Below are positions 19,375-27,841 of a stretch of 64,000 bases of DNA, piece by piece. The stretch is from Candidatus Danuiimicrobium aquiferis. GTDB taxonomy: Bacteria > Omnitrophota > Omnitrophia > Omnitrophales > Danuiimicrobiaceae. The translations under genes were made by a program, and so were the position numbers. Numbering within the stretch: the first letter of the stretch is position 1; each line of letters opens with the position of its first letter. The stretch is taken from NCBI GenBank assembly GCA_001804285.1, contig MHFR01000068.1, positions 34,383 to 98,382 of the forward strand, written 5' to 3'. The notes under the pieces are model-generated. The model did not search any database. It saw nothing but the letters and a program-made list of their open reading frames with translations, and had not been told where the DNA came from.

Positions 19375-19600
19375 AAGCTTAATAGGGAAGAGAGCCATGC
19401 GACGCTGATATCGATTTTTATTTGAAGCGTTGCAAGGACTCCACGGTGCCGCCGCTGTCGGCAAGAACGAAAGCGAAAAAACCACTGTTCTGACATTGTC
19501 GGAATGGGAAGGATCGCGAGTAGGTGAAGTGCTTGCCAGTCAGAAGACCTACCTTGATACATCAAAACATCTCCGAGCAGAGAACGAATAGTTGGGTTTT
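19375..19600 (+). promoter_or_regulatory. Candidate cobalamin (B12) riboswitch aptamer in the leader of the TonB-dependent receptor / btuFCD-like operon
   Basis: AATAGGGAAG...GGTGCCGCCGCTGTCGG...AACCACTG...GGGAAGG resemble the conserved AGGGAA / GGTGCC / GCCACTG (B12-box) / GGGAAGG elements. It lies in a 550-nt leader before a BtuB-like receptor. Confidence 0.5.
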
Positions 19601-19606
19601 ATTTTT

Positions 19607-19657
19607 CCCCTTTTGTTTTGTCTCTTGTCTGGAGATGAAACGAAAGGGGTTTTTTTA
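19607..19657 (+). terminator. Expression-platform hairpin plus T-run (terminator that sequesters the RBS) immediately before the receptor start codon
   Basis: ccccttt...aaagggg stem followed by ttttttt, then ATG at 19657. The SD-like aaagggg lies in the 3' half of the stem. Confidence 0.5.
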
Positions 19658-22014
19658 TGTCCAGGAACGAGCTATTCCTGAATAAATGTGATTCAGTATT
19701 CCGGTTTTTTCATCAAAGTTCAGCAGTTTTGTCATCCCCGCGGAAGCGGGGATCCGGCAATTTTAGATTCCCGCTTAAAGCATGCGGGAATGACACGATT
19801 CATGTTTTCAAAATTGTTTGTTTTTTCTTGTCTCTTTTTTTAAGCGTTTCTATTTTTGCCTTCGCAAAAACAGAAACACCCAAACCAACCGTCACTCAAA
19901 CAAACCAAAACGGTGACGTCAAAAAATCCGCACAAAAACCCGTCGCCGAAGTCACCGTGATTGCGTCGCGACTGCCGAGTTTTCAACAAAAACTCAACGA
20001 TATGCCGTCCAATATCACCTATAAAGATAAAACAGAACTGAATAAAACCCATCCCGCGACATTTCAAGATGCGGTTCGCGATACGGAAGGGGCCATTTTT
20101 TATGACCAAGTTGGAAACGGAGTTGATACGACATTCAGTTTGAGAGGATTTAATGAAGGAAATGCGGTGACTTTTATAGTGGATGGTGTTCGGGTGAACG
20201 AAGTAGATGGTGATGCTGTGAATTACCCTTTAGTTTCAATGAATGATATCGAGTCAATTCAAATTGAAAGAGGTTCCTCATCAGCCATTTATGGTAGTAA
20301 TGCGTTTGCGGGAGTTGTGAATATTACCACAAGAAAGCCAAGCGCTAAGAAGATTAGTGTTTTTGGTGGAGTTGAACTGTCCAGTTTTATGGGGATCAAA
20401 TTTAATCAAGGAATAAGCGGAAGCATTCCCGATAAAATAACACCGTTAAATGGTAAATGGACATACTATTTTAATGGCGGCCGCGATCTTAATCAGGGTT
20501 TTCGAGCTGATGGTGATTGGCGAATTACAAATTTTGACATAAAAACAGGATATGAATTAGCGGACAGTCAGGGCGGGGTTCGCGTTGGAGTCAAGCATGT
20601 TGTTGATGCTATTTCAAATCCCGGTTTTTTAACGATTCCCGAATATCATGCAGATTCAATGCAAACGAAAAATCCGCTCGATGGTCGGAAGTTTGATAAT
20701 ACAATTGTGCAAATCAGTGCAGATAAGAAATTTTTGGATGACCGGATTACTGCCAGCTTGATGAATAATTGGCGATATAATTTGATCAAGTTTTATACAA
20801 CAGCGCGCACAATGGCGGATGGAGCCTTTAATCCGGACACAGATTTGACGACTACGCGTTCTCGGGCAACGGATCTGGTCTGGCAATTAGGTTACAGTGA
20901 TCGTTGGGATTGGGTCGGGAATGATACGTTACTTGGAATGGAATTTCGGGATGCTGCACAATATGATCTTGAGCAAGATGCGTTTCAAGGGATAGTGGTT
21001 GATAATAGTCCGGCCGAGACCAATCGGAACGCAAAGCCTCGTTCCGGGGCACTGTTTTGGAGACAAAACGTATCATTTTTTGACCGGATTAATTTTCATT
21101 ATGGAATGAGGCATGATTATGTATGGCTGAAGAATCAAGATAAAGTAGCACCGGTAAATAATTTCTCTAAACGATGGAACGATTCTACACTATCGACAGG
21201 TGTTGCGCTGAAACCGTGGTCATTAGCTGATTTTTTCTGGAATTATTCACAAGGTTTTCGAGCACCTGCTATTAGTGATTTAGCGCCATGGTCGGAATGG
21301 GGGGGCTCGGGTGTTTCTTACAATCTTGCGCCTGAAAAATCGGATAGTTATGAAGCAGGTACTCGGCTGAGATTACATCCTCGGGCGAATGTAAAATTGA
21401 GTTATTTTCTCATCGATATGAAAAATGAAATTGCTTACTCGCTAGGAGTCGGTGAGAATATTAATATCGGACGAACCCGTCGTTATGGGACTGAATTCCG
21501 TTTGGATACAAATCCTATTGAAGAAATGATTTTTTACGGTGTGCATACTTGGACGAATGCGTATGTGCGTGAAATAGATGATAATTTTAATCAAACCGTG
21601 GATGGCAGAACGATTGGGATGATTCCTGAACAGCAGTTCGTGTTTGGCACAACAGCAAAACCGTTCAAGAGGTTAGGAGAATATTGGGATAAGTTTGAAA
21701 TCGGTATGAACGGTACATTGACAGGGAAGCAGCATCCAGTTGGATTTGAATCGTCCACCGAAGCGAGATTGGATAGTACAAGCCATTGGATTAAAGCATA
21801 TCAGATTTGGAATTTTATCTGTCAATATGAATTCCATGGAATCCAGACATATTTCAAAATTAATAACATTTTTGATCAACGATATTATAATCGTGCTATT
21901 GCGGCGTCGAACTCAGCGTTTTCCCCCTCTTCGCTTACGCCCCCAGGGACTCATTATTTTGTTACTCCTGGAGCGCCCAGGGAATTTGTCATTGGAACGA
22001 AGTGGGAGTTTTGA
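19657..22014 (+). CDS. TonB-dependent outer-membrane receptor (BtuB-like) whose N-terminal leader contains a translated repeat element
   Basis: TonB-box-like EVTVIA, plug domain (FSLRGF...VDGVRVNE...IEIERGSSSAIYGSNAFAGVVNI), beta-barrel, and C-terminal ...GTKWEF. The repeat at 19730-19795 is in frame before the hydrophobic signal segment. No in-frame ATG lies downstream of the repeat. Confidence 0.75.
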   Translation: MSRNELFLNKCDSVFRFFHQSSAVLSSPRKRGSGNFRFPLKACGNDTIHVFKIVCFFLSLFLSVSIFAFAKTETPKPTVTQTNQNGDVKKSAQKPVAEVTVIASRLPSFQQKLNDMPSNITYKDKTELNKTHPATFQDAVRDTEGAIFYDQVGNGVDTTFSLRGFNEGNAVTFIVDGVRVNEVDGDAVNYPLVSMNDIESIQIERGSSSAIYGSNAFAGVVNITTRKPSAKKISVFGGVELSSFMGIKFNQGISGSIPDKITPLNGKWTYYFNGGRDLNQGFRADGDWRITNFDIKTGYELADSQGGVRVGVKHVVDAISNPGFLTIPEYHADSMQTKNPLDGRKFDNTIVQISADKKFLDDRITASLMNNWRYNLIKFYTTARTMADGAFNPDTDLTTTRSRATDLVWQLGYSDRWDWVGNDTLLGMEFRDAAQYDLEQDAFQGIVVDNSPAETNRNAKPRSGALFWRQNVSFFDRINFHYGMRHDYVWLKNQDKVAPVNNFSKRWNDSTLSTGVALKPWSLADFFWNYSQGFRAPAISDLAPWSEWGGSGVSYNLAPEKSDSYEAGTRLRLHPRANVKLSYFLIDMKNEIAYSLGVGENINIGRTRRYGTEFRLDTNPIEEMIFYGVHTWTNAYVREIDDNFNQTVDGRTIGMIPEQQFVFGTTAKPFKRLGEYWDKFEIGMNGTLTGKQHPVGFESSTEARLDSTSHWIKAYQIWNFICQYEFHGIQTYFKINNIFDQRYYNRAIAASNSAFSPSSLTPPGTHYFVTPGAPREFVIGTKWEF
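19730..19795 (+). repeat. MITE-like repeat element inside the 5' coding region of the TonB-dependent receptor gene
   Basis: ttgtcatccccgcggaagcggggatccggcaattttagattcccgcttaaagcatgcgggaatgaca. Confidence 0.7.
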
Positions 22015-22601
22015 TGAGGAAGAATCAAATTGCTATTTTTGTGGTGATGCTTTTTGTGGCGGTATTTTTATTGGCCATGATGTTTATTCCTCTCATTTCA
22101 GCTCAGGAGGGAATTGTCGTGCCGGCGAGAATAGTTCCGGAACCGGTAGCCCAAAAAGGAAATACAGAGTTGGTGGCTGATGTCATTCCCGCAAGCCTTG
22201 GGCGGGAATCTCTGGATCTTGGATTCCCGACACCCAAGGAAAAATTGGGCCGGTCCGCCCTGTCCCGCGGGAAGACATTCGGGAATGACAGGAAAGATAG
22301 AGCTCAAACATCTTCCTTCACACTTCCTTACCTTGAATCCATCCCAAAACCGGTTCCGTACCCCCGATCGGCCATTCGCCATGAACTGGAAGGGAAAGTC
22401 GTGATGGCGCTTGAAATTCTGAAGGACGGATCAGTCGGCCGTTCGCATATGGCGAACTCTTCCGGTTTTGCCATATTGGATAAGGCGGCGATGAATGCTG
22501 TTAAAACGTGGGAATTTCATCCGGCGCTGAAAAGCGATAAACCAATTGTGGAATATATTGAAGTGCCTGTGAGTTTTGAACTGGAGGGGAATGGTTCTTA
22601 A
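22002..22601 (+). CDS. tonB: Energy transducer TonB (N-terminal TM anchor plus C-terminal TonB_C domain) with an in-frame repeat element
   Basis: TM helix IAIFVVMLFVAVFLLAMMFIPLI. C-terminal LEGKVVMALEILKDGSVGRSHMANSSGFAILDKAAMNAVKTWEFHP is the TonB_C fold pattern. The 110-bp repeat at 22181-22290 is translated in the linker. Confidence 0.7.
   Translation: MGVLMRKNQIAIFVVMLFVAVFLLAMMFIPLISAQEGIVVPARIVPEPVAQKGNTELVADVIPASLGRESLDLGFPTPKEKLGRSALSRGKTFGNDRKDRAQTSSFTLPYLESIPKPVPYPRSAIRHELEGKVVMALEILKDGSVGRSHMANSSGFAILDKAAMNAVKTWEFHPALKSDKPIVEYIEVPVSFELEGNGS
22181..22290 (+). repeat. MITE-like repeat element (110 bp) inside the tonB ORF without breaking the frame
   Basis: tgtcattcccgcaagccttgggcgggaatctctgg...gacattcgggaatgaca. 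It reads through as ...IPASLGRESLDLGFPTPKEKLGRSALSRGKTFGNDR... Confidence 0.7.
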
Positions 22602-22608
22602 ATTTAAT

Positions 22609-22679
22609 GGTCATTCCCGCCTCCCTGGAAATACAGGGCTGGCCCTCGTCTTACCGAGGGAAGATTTGCGGGAATGACA
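22609..22679 (+). repeat. MITE-like repeat element (intergenic)
   Basis: ggtcattcccgcctccctggaaatacagggctggccctcgtcttaccgagggaagatttgcgggaatgaca. The terminal inverted repeats enclose two internal hairpins. Confidence 0.7.
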
Positions 22680-22698
22680 GATAACCCATTATTCAAAT

Positions 22699-23625
22699 AT
22701 GCATTCAATCAAAGACATCATCACTCGAATCGTCAATCAAAATCCATACGACGGGATTCTTTTTTCCGGGGGATTGGATAGTTCCATTGTCGCGGCATTG
22801 AGCCCTACAGCAATCGGAATTACGGTCACTTTGGGGCGACACGCTGAAGATACGCCTTACGCTCATTTGCTCGCAAAAACAATCGGAATGAAACAGCATC
22901 GTCGGAGTGTGAGTATTGATGAAGCGATAGCGAATATTCCGAAGGTGATCAAAATTTTAAAATCATTTGACCCTGCGCTGCCGAACGATCTGGCGGCATA
23001 CTTCGGACTTGAGACGGCGAAGCAATTGGGTCTGCGTCGCGTGGCGACAGGCGATGGAAGCGATGAATTGTTTGGCGGATATTCGTTTATGGCTGAGATT
23101 AAAGATTTGAATGGCTATATCGCGCATGTCGCGAAGAAAATGCATTTCAGCTCGAATGATATCGGAAAATATTTTCATTTAAAAATTGTCCAGCCGTTTT
23201 TTGATCAGCGCGTGATCAATTGCGCATTAGCTATTCCCGCCAATCTGAAGATCAAAAAAGTTAAAGGCAAGAATTGGGGGAAATGGATTTTGCGGAAGCA
23301 ATTTTCTGATTTGTTACCGAAAAAGATTGCGTGGCAAAGCAAGCGGCCATTAGAAGTCGGATCGGGGATGACGAAGCTCCGCAATATCCTCTCGGCTCAA
23401 ATATCCGATCAGGAATTTGCTGCCAATCCTTATCCGGTAAAGTTTTTCAATAAAGAGCATTTTTATTATTACAAAGTTTATCGCAAAGTGATCGGTGAAA
23501 TTCCGAGGCCTCGATCGGGTGAAAAGAGTTGTCAGGGTTGCGGCGCAGGGATGGACAGAAACCATTTCCATTGCAAGGTGTGCGGACATGTGCTCCCGAT
23601 GTTGGAAAGGTACGGATTAAAATGA
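22699..23625 (+). CDS. Asparagine-synthetase-family PP-loop ATP pyrophosphatase (synthetase domain only) with a C-terminal zinc ribbon
   Basis: ILFSGGLDSS PP-loop, TGDGSDELFGGY (AsnB-type motif), and CQGCGAG...CKVCGH at the C-terminus. No glutaminase domain is present. Confidence 0.65.
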   Translation: MHSIKDIITRIVNQNPYDGILFSGGLDSSIVAALSPTAIGITVTLGRHAEDTPYAHLLAKTIGMKQHRRSVSIDEAIANIPKVIKILKSFDPALPNDLAAYFGLETAKQLGLRRVATGDGSDELFGGYSFMAEIKDLNGYIAHVAKKMHFSSNDIGKYFHLKIVQPFFDQRVINCALAIPANLKIKKVKGKNWGKWILRKQFSDLLPKKIAWQSKRPLEVGSGMTKLRNILSAQISDQEFAANPYPVKFFNKEHFYYYKVYRKVIGEIPRPRSGEKSCQGCGAGMDRNHFHCKVCGHVLPMLERYGLK

Positions 23626-24302
23626 AAGCATTTATTTCGTGGAGCGGGGGGAAAGATAGCGCGTTATCGTGTCATCGGGTGATGCAGAATTTAGGCATTC
23701 ACGTTACACATTTCTTAAATATGCTTACCGAAGATGGCACGCGGTCCCGCTCTCACGGCCTTGAACCGGCGTTGCTGCAATTGCAGGCAAAGGCCGCCGG
23801 AGTTGCACTTGTCCAGGGAAAAGCGGGATGGGATGATTACGAAAAAGAATTTAAAAAAGCCATTTTAGAATTAAAAAAGGAAGGCGTCGAGGCCGGTGTG
23901 TTTGGCGATATCGATCTCCAGCCGCATCGTGATTGGGTTGAAAGAGTTTGCAAAGAGACAGGAATTCGCGCGATTCTTCCGATTTGGAATGAAGGCCGGG
24001 AAAAATTGTTGGATGAATTTATCGATGCTGGATTTCGCGCGAAGATTGTTGTGGCGGATTCTAAATATTTGGATGATAGTTGGCTTGGGTGCGAGATTGA
24101 CCGCGAGTTTATCAAAAAAGCCAAAGCATACGGAAAGATCGATCTTTGCGGCGAAGGCGGCGAATATCATACGTTTGTGTGTGCCGGCCCGATTTTTGAA
24201 AAGCCAGTTGAGTTTACAGAAGAAAAAAAAGTTTTAATCGGCGGGACGCATTGGTGTTTGGCGCTTAAGGTTGGGAACGGTGCAAAAAATGGTAATTATT
24301 AG
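23622..24302 (+). CDS. MJ0570/Dph6-related PP-loop ATP pyrophosphatase (diphthine-ammonia-ligase-like domain)
   Basis: FISWSGGKDS PP-loop at the N-terminus and the GEGGEYHTFV motif. ATGA start/stop overlap with the upstream gene. Confidence 0.65.
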   Translation: MKAFISWSGGKDSALSCHRVMQNLGIHVTHFLNMLTEDGTRSRSHGLEPALLQLQAKAAGVALVQGKAGWDDYEKEFKKAILELKKEGVEAGVFGDIDLQPHRDWVERVCKETGIRAILPIWNEGREKLLDEFIDAGFRAKIVVADSKYLDDSWLGCEIDREFIKKAKAYGKIDLCGEGGEYHTFVCAGPIFEKPVEFTEEKKVLIGGTHWCLALKVGNGAKNGNY

Positions 24303-24322
24303 AACGGGTTTCATAAATCTCT

Positions 24323-24432
24323 GTCATTCCCGCAAGCTTTTGGCGGGAATCTATAAACGTCTTCGTCACAATGCATTGAGAGTCGGATCCGCCTCTGGCG
24401 GAGATTCCCGACTAAAGCTTTCGGGAATGACA
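24323..24432 (+). repeat. MITE-like repeat element (110 bp, intergenic)
   Basis: tgtcattcccgcaagcttttggcgggaatc...tcggatccgcctctggcggagattcccgactaaagctttcgggaatgaca. Confidence 0.7.
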
Positions 24433-24446
24433 TCTTTGGAGTTTGG

Positions 24447-25301
24447 ATGATCAGTTTTAAAAAGATACCTGTAATTACTCTTCTATTTATTGTTTCCTTC
24501 GTGCTCAGCAGGCAATTGTTCGCACAAGAAGCATATCCCAAACGCATCATTTCCCTCGGCCCTGCCATTACGGAATCACTTTATCTTCTAAATGCCGGCG
24601 ACCGGATTGTCGGGAACACGATTTATTGTGAAAGGCCGGAGGCGGCAAAGAAGAATGAAAAAATCGGAACGGTTGTCGAAATCAATTTGGAAAAAATCGT
24701 TTCGCTCGAGCCCGATTTGATTATCGCGACCTCTTTGACGAATTCTCAAGCGAAGGAAAAGTTAAAAATGCTTGGACTTCGTGTGGTTGAAATTTCACAA
24801 GCCCAAAGTTTTGGGGACCTTTGCGATAATTTTATTAGGCTTGGAGAAATTGTCGGGCAAAAACAATTAGCGGAGGAGATTACCGCCACCGCAAAGAACG
24901 AAGTGACTTCCTTGAAAGCGAAAACGGAAGCGTTGCCTAAGCCTACGGTTTTTCTACAACTTGGGATGAAACCATTGGTGACAGTGACCCAGGACTCCTT
25001 TATGAATGATTATATTGAATTTGCCGGAGGCGTGAACATTGCGAAAGGAATCGGGAGGCCGCTTTATTCAAAAGAAAAGGTGGCTGCCAGTAACCCAGAT
25101 GTGATTATTGTGGTAAGTATGGGAACCAATAATGCGGAAGAAGAGAAAAAAAACTGGGAAAGTTACCAGGAATTAAAAGCCGTTCAAAAAAAGCGTATTT
25201 ATATTATCGATTCGAATCCTCTTTGCAGTCCGACCCCCGTTAGTTTTGTGGCGGCTTTGCAAAATGTTATCCACCTTTTACATCCCGACGATGAACAATA
25301 A
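24447..25301 (+). CDS. ABC transporter periplasmic substrate-binding protein, class III (BtuF / Fe-siderophore type)
   Basis: Signal peptide, then KRIISLGPAITESLYLLNAGDRIVG and LEPDLIIA motifs typical of BtuF/FhuD-like binding proteins. Confidence 0.75.
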   Translation: MISFKKIPVITLLFIVSFVLSRQLFAQEAYPKRIISLGPAITESLYLLNAGDRIVGNTIYCERPEAAKKNEKIGTVVEINLEKIVSLEPDLIIATSLTNSQAKEKLKMLGLRVVEISQAQSFGDLCDNFIRLGEIVGQKQLAEEITATAKNEVTSLKAKTEALPKPTVFLQLGMKPLVTVTQDSFMNDYIEFAGGVNIAKGIGRPLYSKEKVAASNPDVIIVVSMGTNNAEEEKKNWESYQELKAVQKKRIYIIDSNPLCSPTPVSFVAALQNVIHLLHPDDEQ

Positions 25302-26292
25302 AATCACCAAATGGGTTTTTTGGGTGTTGTTCCTAACAAGCATCACGATCGGTGTGGTGATCTGGTCTTTGACGGTTGGCTCTTCCGGGATTCCCGCAGG
25401 GAAAGTTTTCACCGTTTTATTCCGGGGGACGGCCGGGCCCGAATATGACATTATTTTTAATATTCGTTTGCCGCGGATCATTTTAGGATTTGCGATTGGC
25501 GGCGCATTGAGTCTTGCGGGAATCCTTTTACAGGGAATGTTCCGGAATCCGTTGGTGGAACCGTACACGTTGGGAATTTCGGGCGGGGCCGGGCTTGGTG
25601 TTTCATTGAATATTCTTTTGGGTTTCTATCAAATAGGTGTTTTGACTTTGCCTTTTTCCGGCTTTTTAGGAGCGATTGTTGTCCTGGCGATCGTCTATGT
25701 TTTGAGTTTGCGAAGAGGATCCTCGCAGCTTCAGGGTTTGCTTCTGACAGGGGTGATGATGAGCTTCGTTTGTTCGTCCGTCATGATGTTAATCATGGCG
25801 ATTTCGCGGACAGAAGATCTTCACGGGATCATTTTCTGGGTGATGGGTTCCTTGGAAGAATCGAACTGGTTGATGATTAAAATCACGCTGATTGTATCGG
25901 TCTTCTTTTTGGTGATAGCTCATTTTTTTTGTCTCGACCTGAACGCCTTGTCTTTGGGGGAAGAAGAGGCGCAGCATCTTGGTATTCATGTTGAGAGGAC
26001 GAAACGCCTCCTTTTTATTATGACGTCGCTCTTGACGGGATTTTGTGTTTCCGTCGCGGGAATTATCGGATTTGTGGGCCTCGTAGTGCCGCATTTCATC
26101 CGGGTATTTATCGGAAACGATCACCGAGTATCGCTTGTCGCTGCATTTTTAGCCGGCGGTGCTTTTTTGATTTTTTGCGACACATTGGCAAGAACGATGA
26201 TTGCTCCGCTTGAATTACCGGTGGGTGTGATTACCGGAATCATCGGCGGCGGCCTTTTTATTTATATGTTAGCGAAACGCGGGAAACGGTAA
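25291..26292 (+). CDS. FecCD-family ABC permease (BtuC-like)
   Basis: Multi-TM protein with RLPRIILGFAIGGALSLAGILLQ and the C-terminal GxIGFVGLVVPH motif. The start was chosen at ATG 25291 (a further upstream ATG at 25246 is possible). Confidence 0.75.
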   Translation: MNNKITKWVFWVLFLTSITIGVVIWSLTVGSSGIPAGKVFTVLFRGTAGPEYDIIFNIRLPRIILGFAIGGALSLAGILLQGMFRNPLVEPYTLGISGGAGLGVSLNILLGFYQIGVLTLPFSGFLGAIVVLAIVYVLSLRRGSSQLQGLLLTGVMMSFVCSSVMMLIMAISRTEDLHGIIFWVMGSLEESNWLMIKITLIVSVFFLVIAHFFCLDLNALSLGEEEAQHLGIHVERTKRLLFIMTSLLTGFCVSVAGIIGFVGLVVPHFIRVFIGNDHRVSLVAAFLAGGAFLIFCDTLARTMIAPLELPVGVITGIIGGGLFIYMLAKRGKR

Positions 26293-26299
26293 GGGAATC

Positions 26300-27079
26300 A
26301 TGGTGCTGACGATCAATCATTTAACGTGCGGGTATGGCCGGAAAATTGTGCTTGATGATATTCATTTTTCTATTCAGAAGGGCGAATTCCTGGGAATTAT
26401 TGGGCCGAATGGCTCGGGAAAAACGACACTTCTACGATCGTTGACGAGAGTGGTTCAGCCGGTAAAAGGGGAAATTCTTTTTGAAGGGGAAGCGGTCGGG
26501 GCGATCCAACCGAAGCAGCTTGCTAAAAAAATCGCCGTGGCCTCGCAATCTTTATTTGAACCTCATATGCTTGTCGAGGATTTTGTCCTTTTAGGGAGAA
26601 TCCCGCATTATCAGAGTTTTCAATTATTAGAAACGAAAAAGGATTTTGAGGTTGCGGAAAGAGTGATGCGGTTAGCCGGCGTGAGCGATCTTCGAAATGC
26701 TTTTATGGACGAGATCAGCTCTGGAGAGAGGCAGTTAGTGGTGATTGCCCGCGCTCTCGCGCAGGAACCCAGCCTGCTTCTATTGGATGAGCCGACAGCG
26801 CATTTGGATATTACGCATCAGGTTCAAATCATGGATTTAATCAAGCGATTGAATCAAACGCTGGGCCTGACCGTGATTGTCGTTTTGCACGACCTTAATT
26901 TAGCAAGTGAGTATTGCCGCCGGCTTCTTTTAATTAAGAGCGGCCGGGTTCATAAACTCGGTGAGCCCCGGGACGTATTGAACGCTCAGACCATTGAAGA
27001 AGTTTATCGAACACGGGTGCATGTAGAAAAAAATCCGCTTTCTTCTAAACCCTATATATTGTTGACGAGCGAAGAATAA
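26300..27079 (+). CDS. ABC transporter ATP-binding protein (BtuD/FecE-like)
   Basis: Walker A GPNGSGKTT, signature SGGERQ, and Walker B LLLLDEP. Confidence 0.8.
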   Translation: MVLTINHLTCGYGRKIVLDDIHFSIQKGEFLGIIGPNGSGKTTLLRSLTRVVQPVKGEILFEGEAVGAIQPKQLAKKIAVASQSLFEPHMLVEDFVLLGRIPHYQSFQLLETKKDFEVAERVMRLAGVSDLRNAFMDEISSGERQLVVIARALAQEPSLLLLDEPTAHLDITHQVQIMDLIKRLNQTLGLTVIVVLHDLNLASEYCRRLLLIKSGRVHKLGEPRDVLNAQTIEEVYRTRVHVEKNPLSSKPYILLTSEE

Positions 27080-27124
27080 AATTGGGGTACCTATTATAGC
27101 GTTCTGAAGGTGACTATCGCCCTC

Positions 27125-27200
27125 ACTCTTCCGCCAAACAGCGCGTCGGATCCGCCTCTGGCGGAAACCCTCTCCCAGAGGGAGAGGGCAGGGGTGAGGG
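27125..27200 (+). repeat. Partial repeat-family fragment plus a perfect 9-bp hairpin
   Basis: tcggatccgcctctggcgga is identical to the internal segment of the element at 24323-24432. It is followed by ccctctccc-aga-gggagaggg. Confidence 0.45.
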
Positions 27201-27294
27201 TGATTTGTTAGCCCTGATTTCTCATCGTTAATAAGAAATTCCGCTCGTAAGAGTTGCGGTGCAAAGATGTTTGCGTCTTTGCGTCGCAGGGCTT

Positions 27295-27395
27295 ATCTTT
27301 TGCGCCCTGATTTAATAAGGGCGCAAAACTTTGGGCGTAACTTATTGCGCCCAAAGCGACTTTCTCGTCGATTCACAAAATCGATGAGAAAGTCG
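27295..27395 (+). promoter_or_regulatory. Cluster of mutually exclusive overlapping hairpins (attenuator-like) in a 550-bp intergenic leader
   Basis: gcgccc-tgatttaataa-gggcgc, gggcgcaa...ttgcgccc and tttgggcg...cgcccaaa share halves. Then a 13-bp stem ctttctcgtcgat/atcgatgagaaag. Confidence 0.35.
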
Positions 27396-27564
27396 GGTTA
27401 GTTAGTTCAAAATACTCATATAGATACATAGTTGTTTGTGGCTTTTTCGTCCATGGATTAAAATATGCCCTCACTATTGCAATTCCTGGTTTCAGCGGGT
27501 AAACTTTGGATTGTAGAGCGAAATCGAGAGAAGATTCTTTAACGAAAGTTAAGAATCTTTATTT

Positions 27565-27605
27565 TTTGAACGTTGATTGAAATTGTTGATAATCGTTGAT
27601 AAAAA
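27565..27605 (+). promoter_or_regulatory. Three direct repeats of (G)TTGAT(AA) at ~10-11-bp spacing upstream of the HTH gene / secretion operon
   Basis: acgTTGATtgaaatTGTTGATAAtcGTTGATAAaaacg, 30-70 nt upstream of the start at 27632. Confidence 0.35.
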
Positions 27606-27631
27606 CGCAGTAACAACCTTACTTCGCTGAT

Positions 27632-27841
27632 ATGATCAAAGACGAAATTCTGACCCTCAAACAAGTCGCGATATTTTTAAAAGTAAGCCCTCTGACGATT
27701 CACCGTCTTACCAAAAAAGGAATCCTTCCCGGCGTGAAGATCGGAAATCAATGGCGCTATTGGCGTAAAAATATCGAGGTGATTTTGAAAAATCCGGAAA
27801 CATTGTCACAAGCCATGATGAAAAAACGAAAGGTTGCATGA
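27632..27841 (+). CDS. Excisionase/AlpA-family helix-turn-helix DNA-binding protein
   Basis: 69 aa. LTLKQVAIFLKVSPLTIHRLTKKGILPGVKIGNQWRY is an HTH_17-type motif. Confidence 0.65.
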   Translation: MIKDEILTLKQVAIFLKVSPLTIHRLTKKGILPGVKIGNQWRYWRKNIEVILKNPETLSQAMMKKRKVA

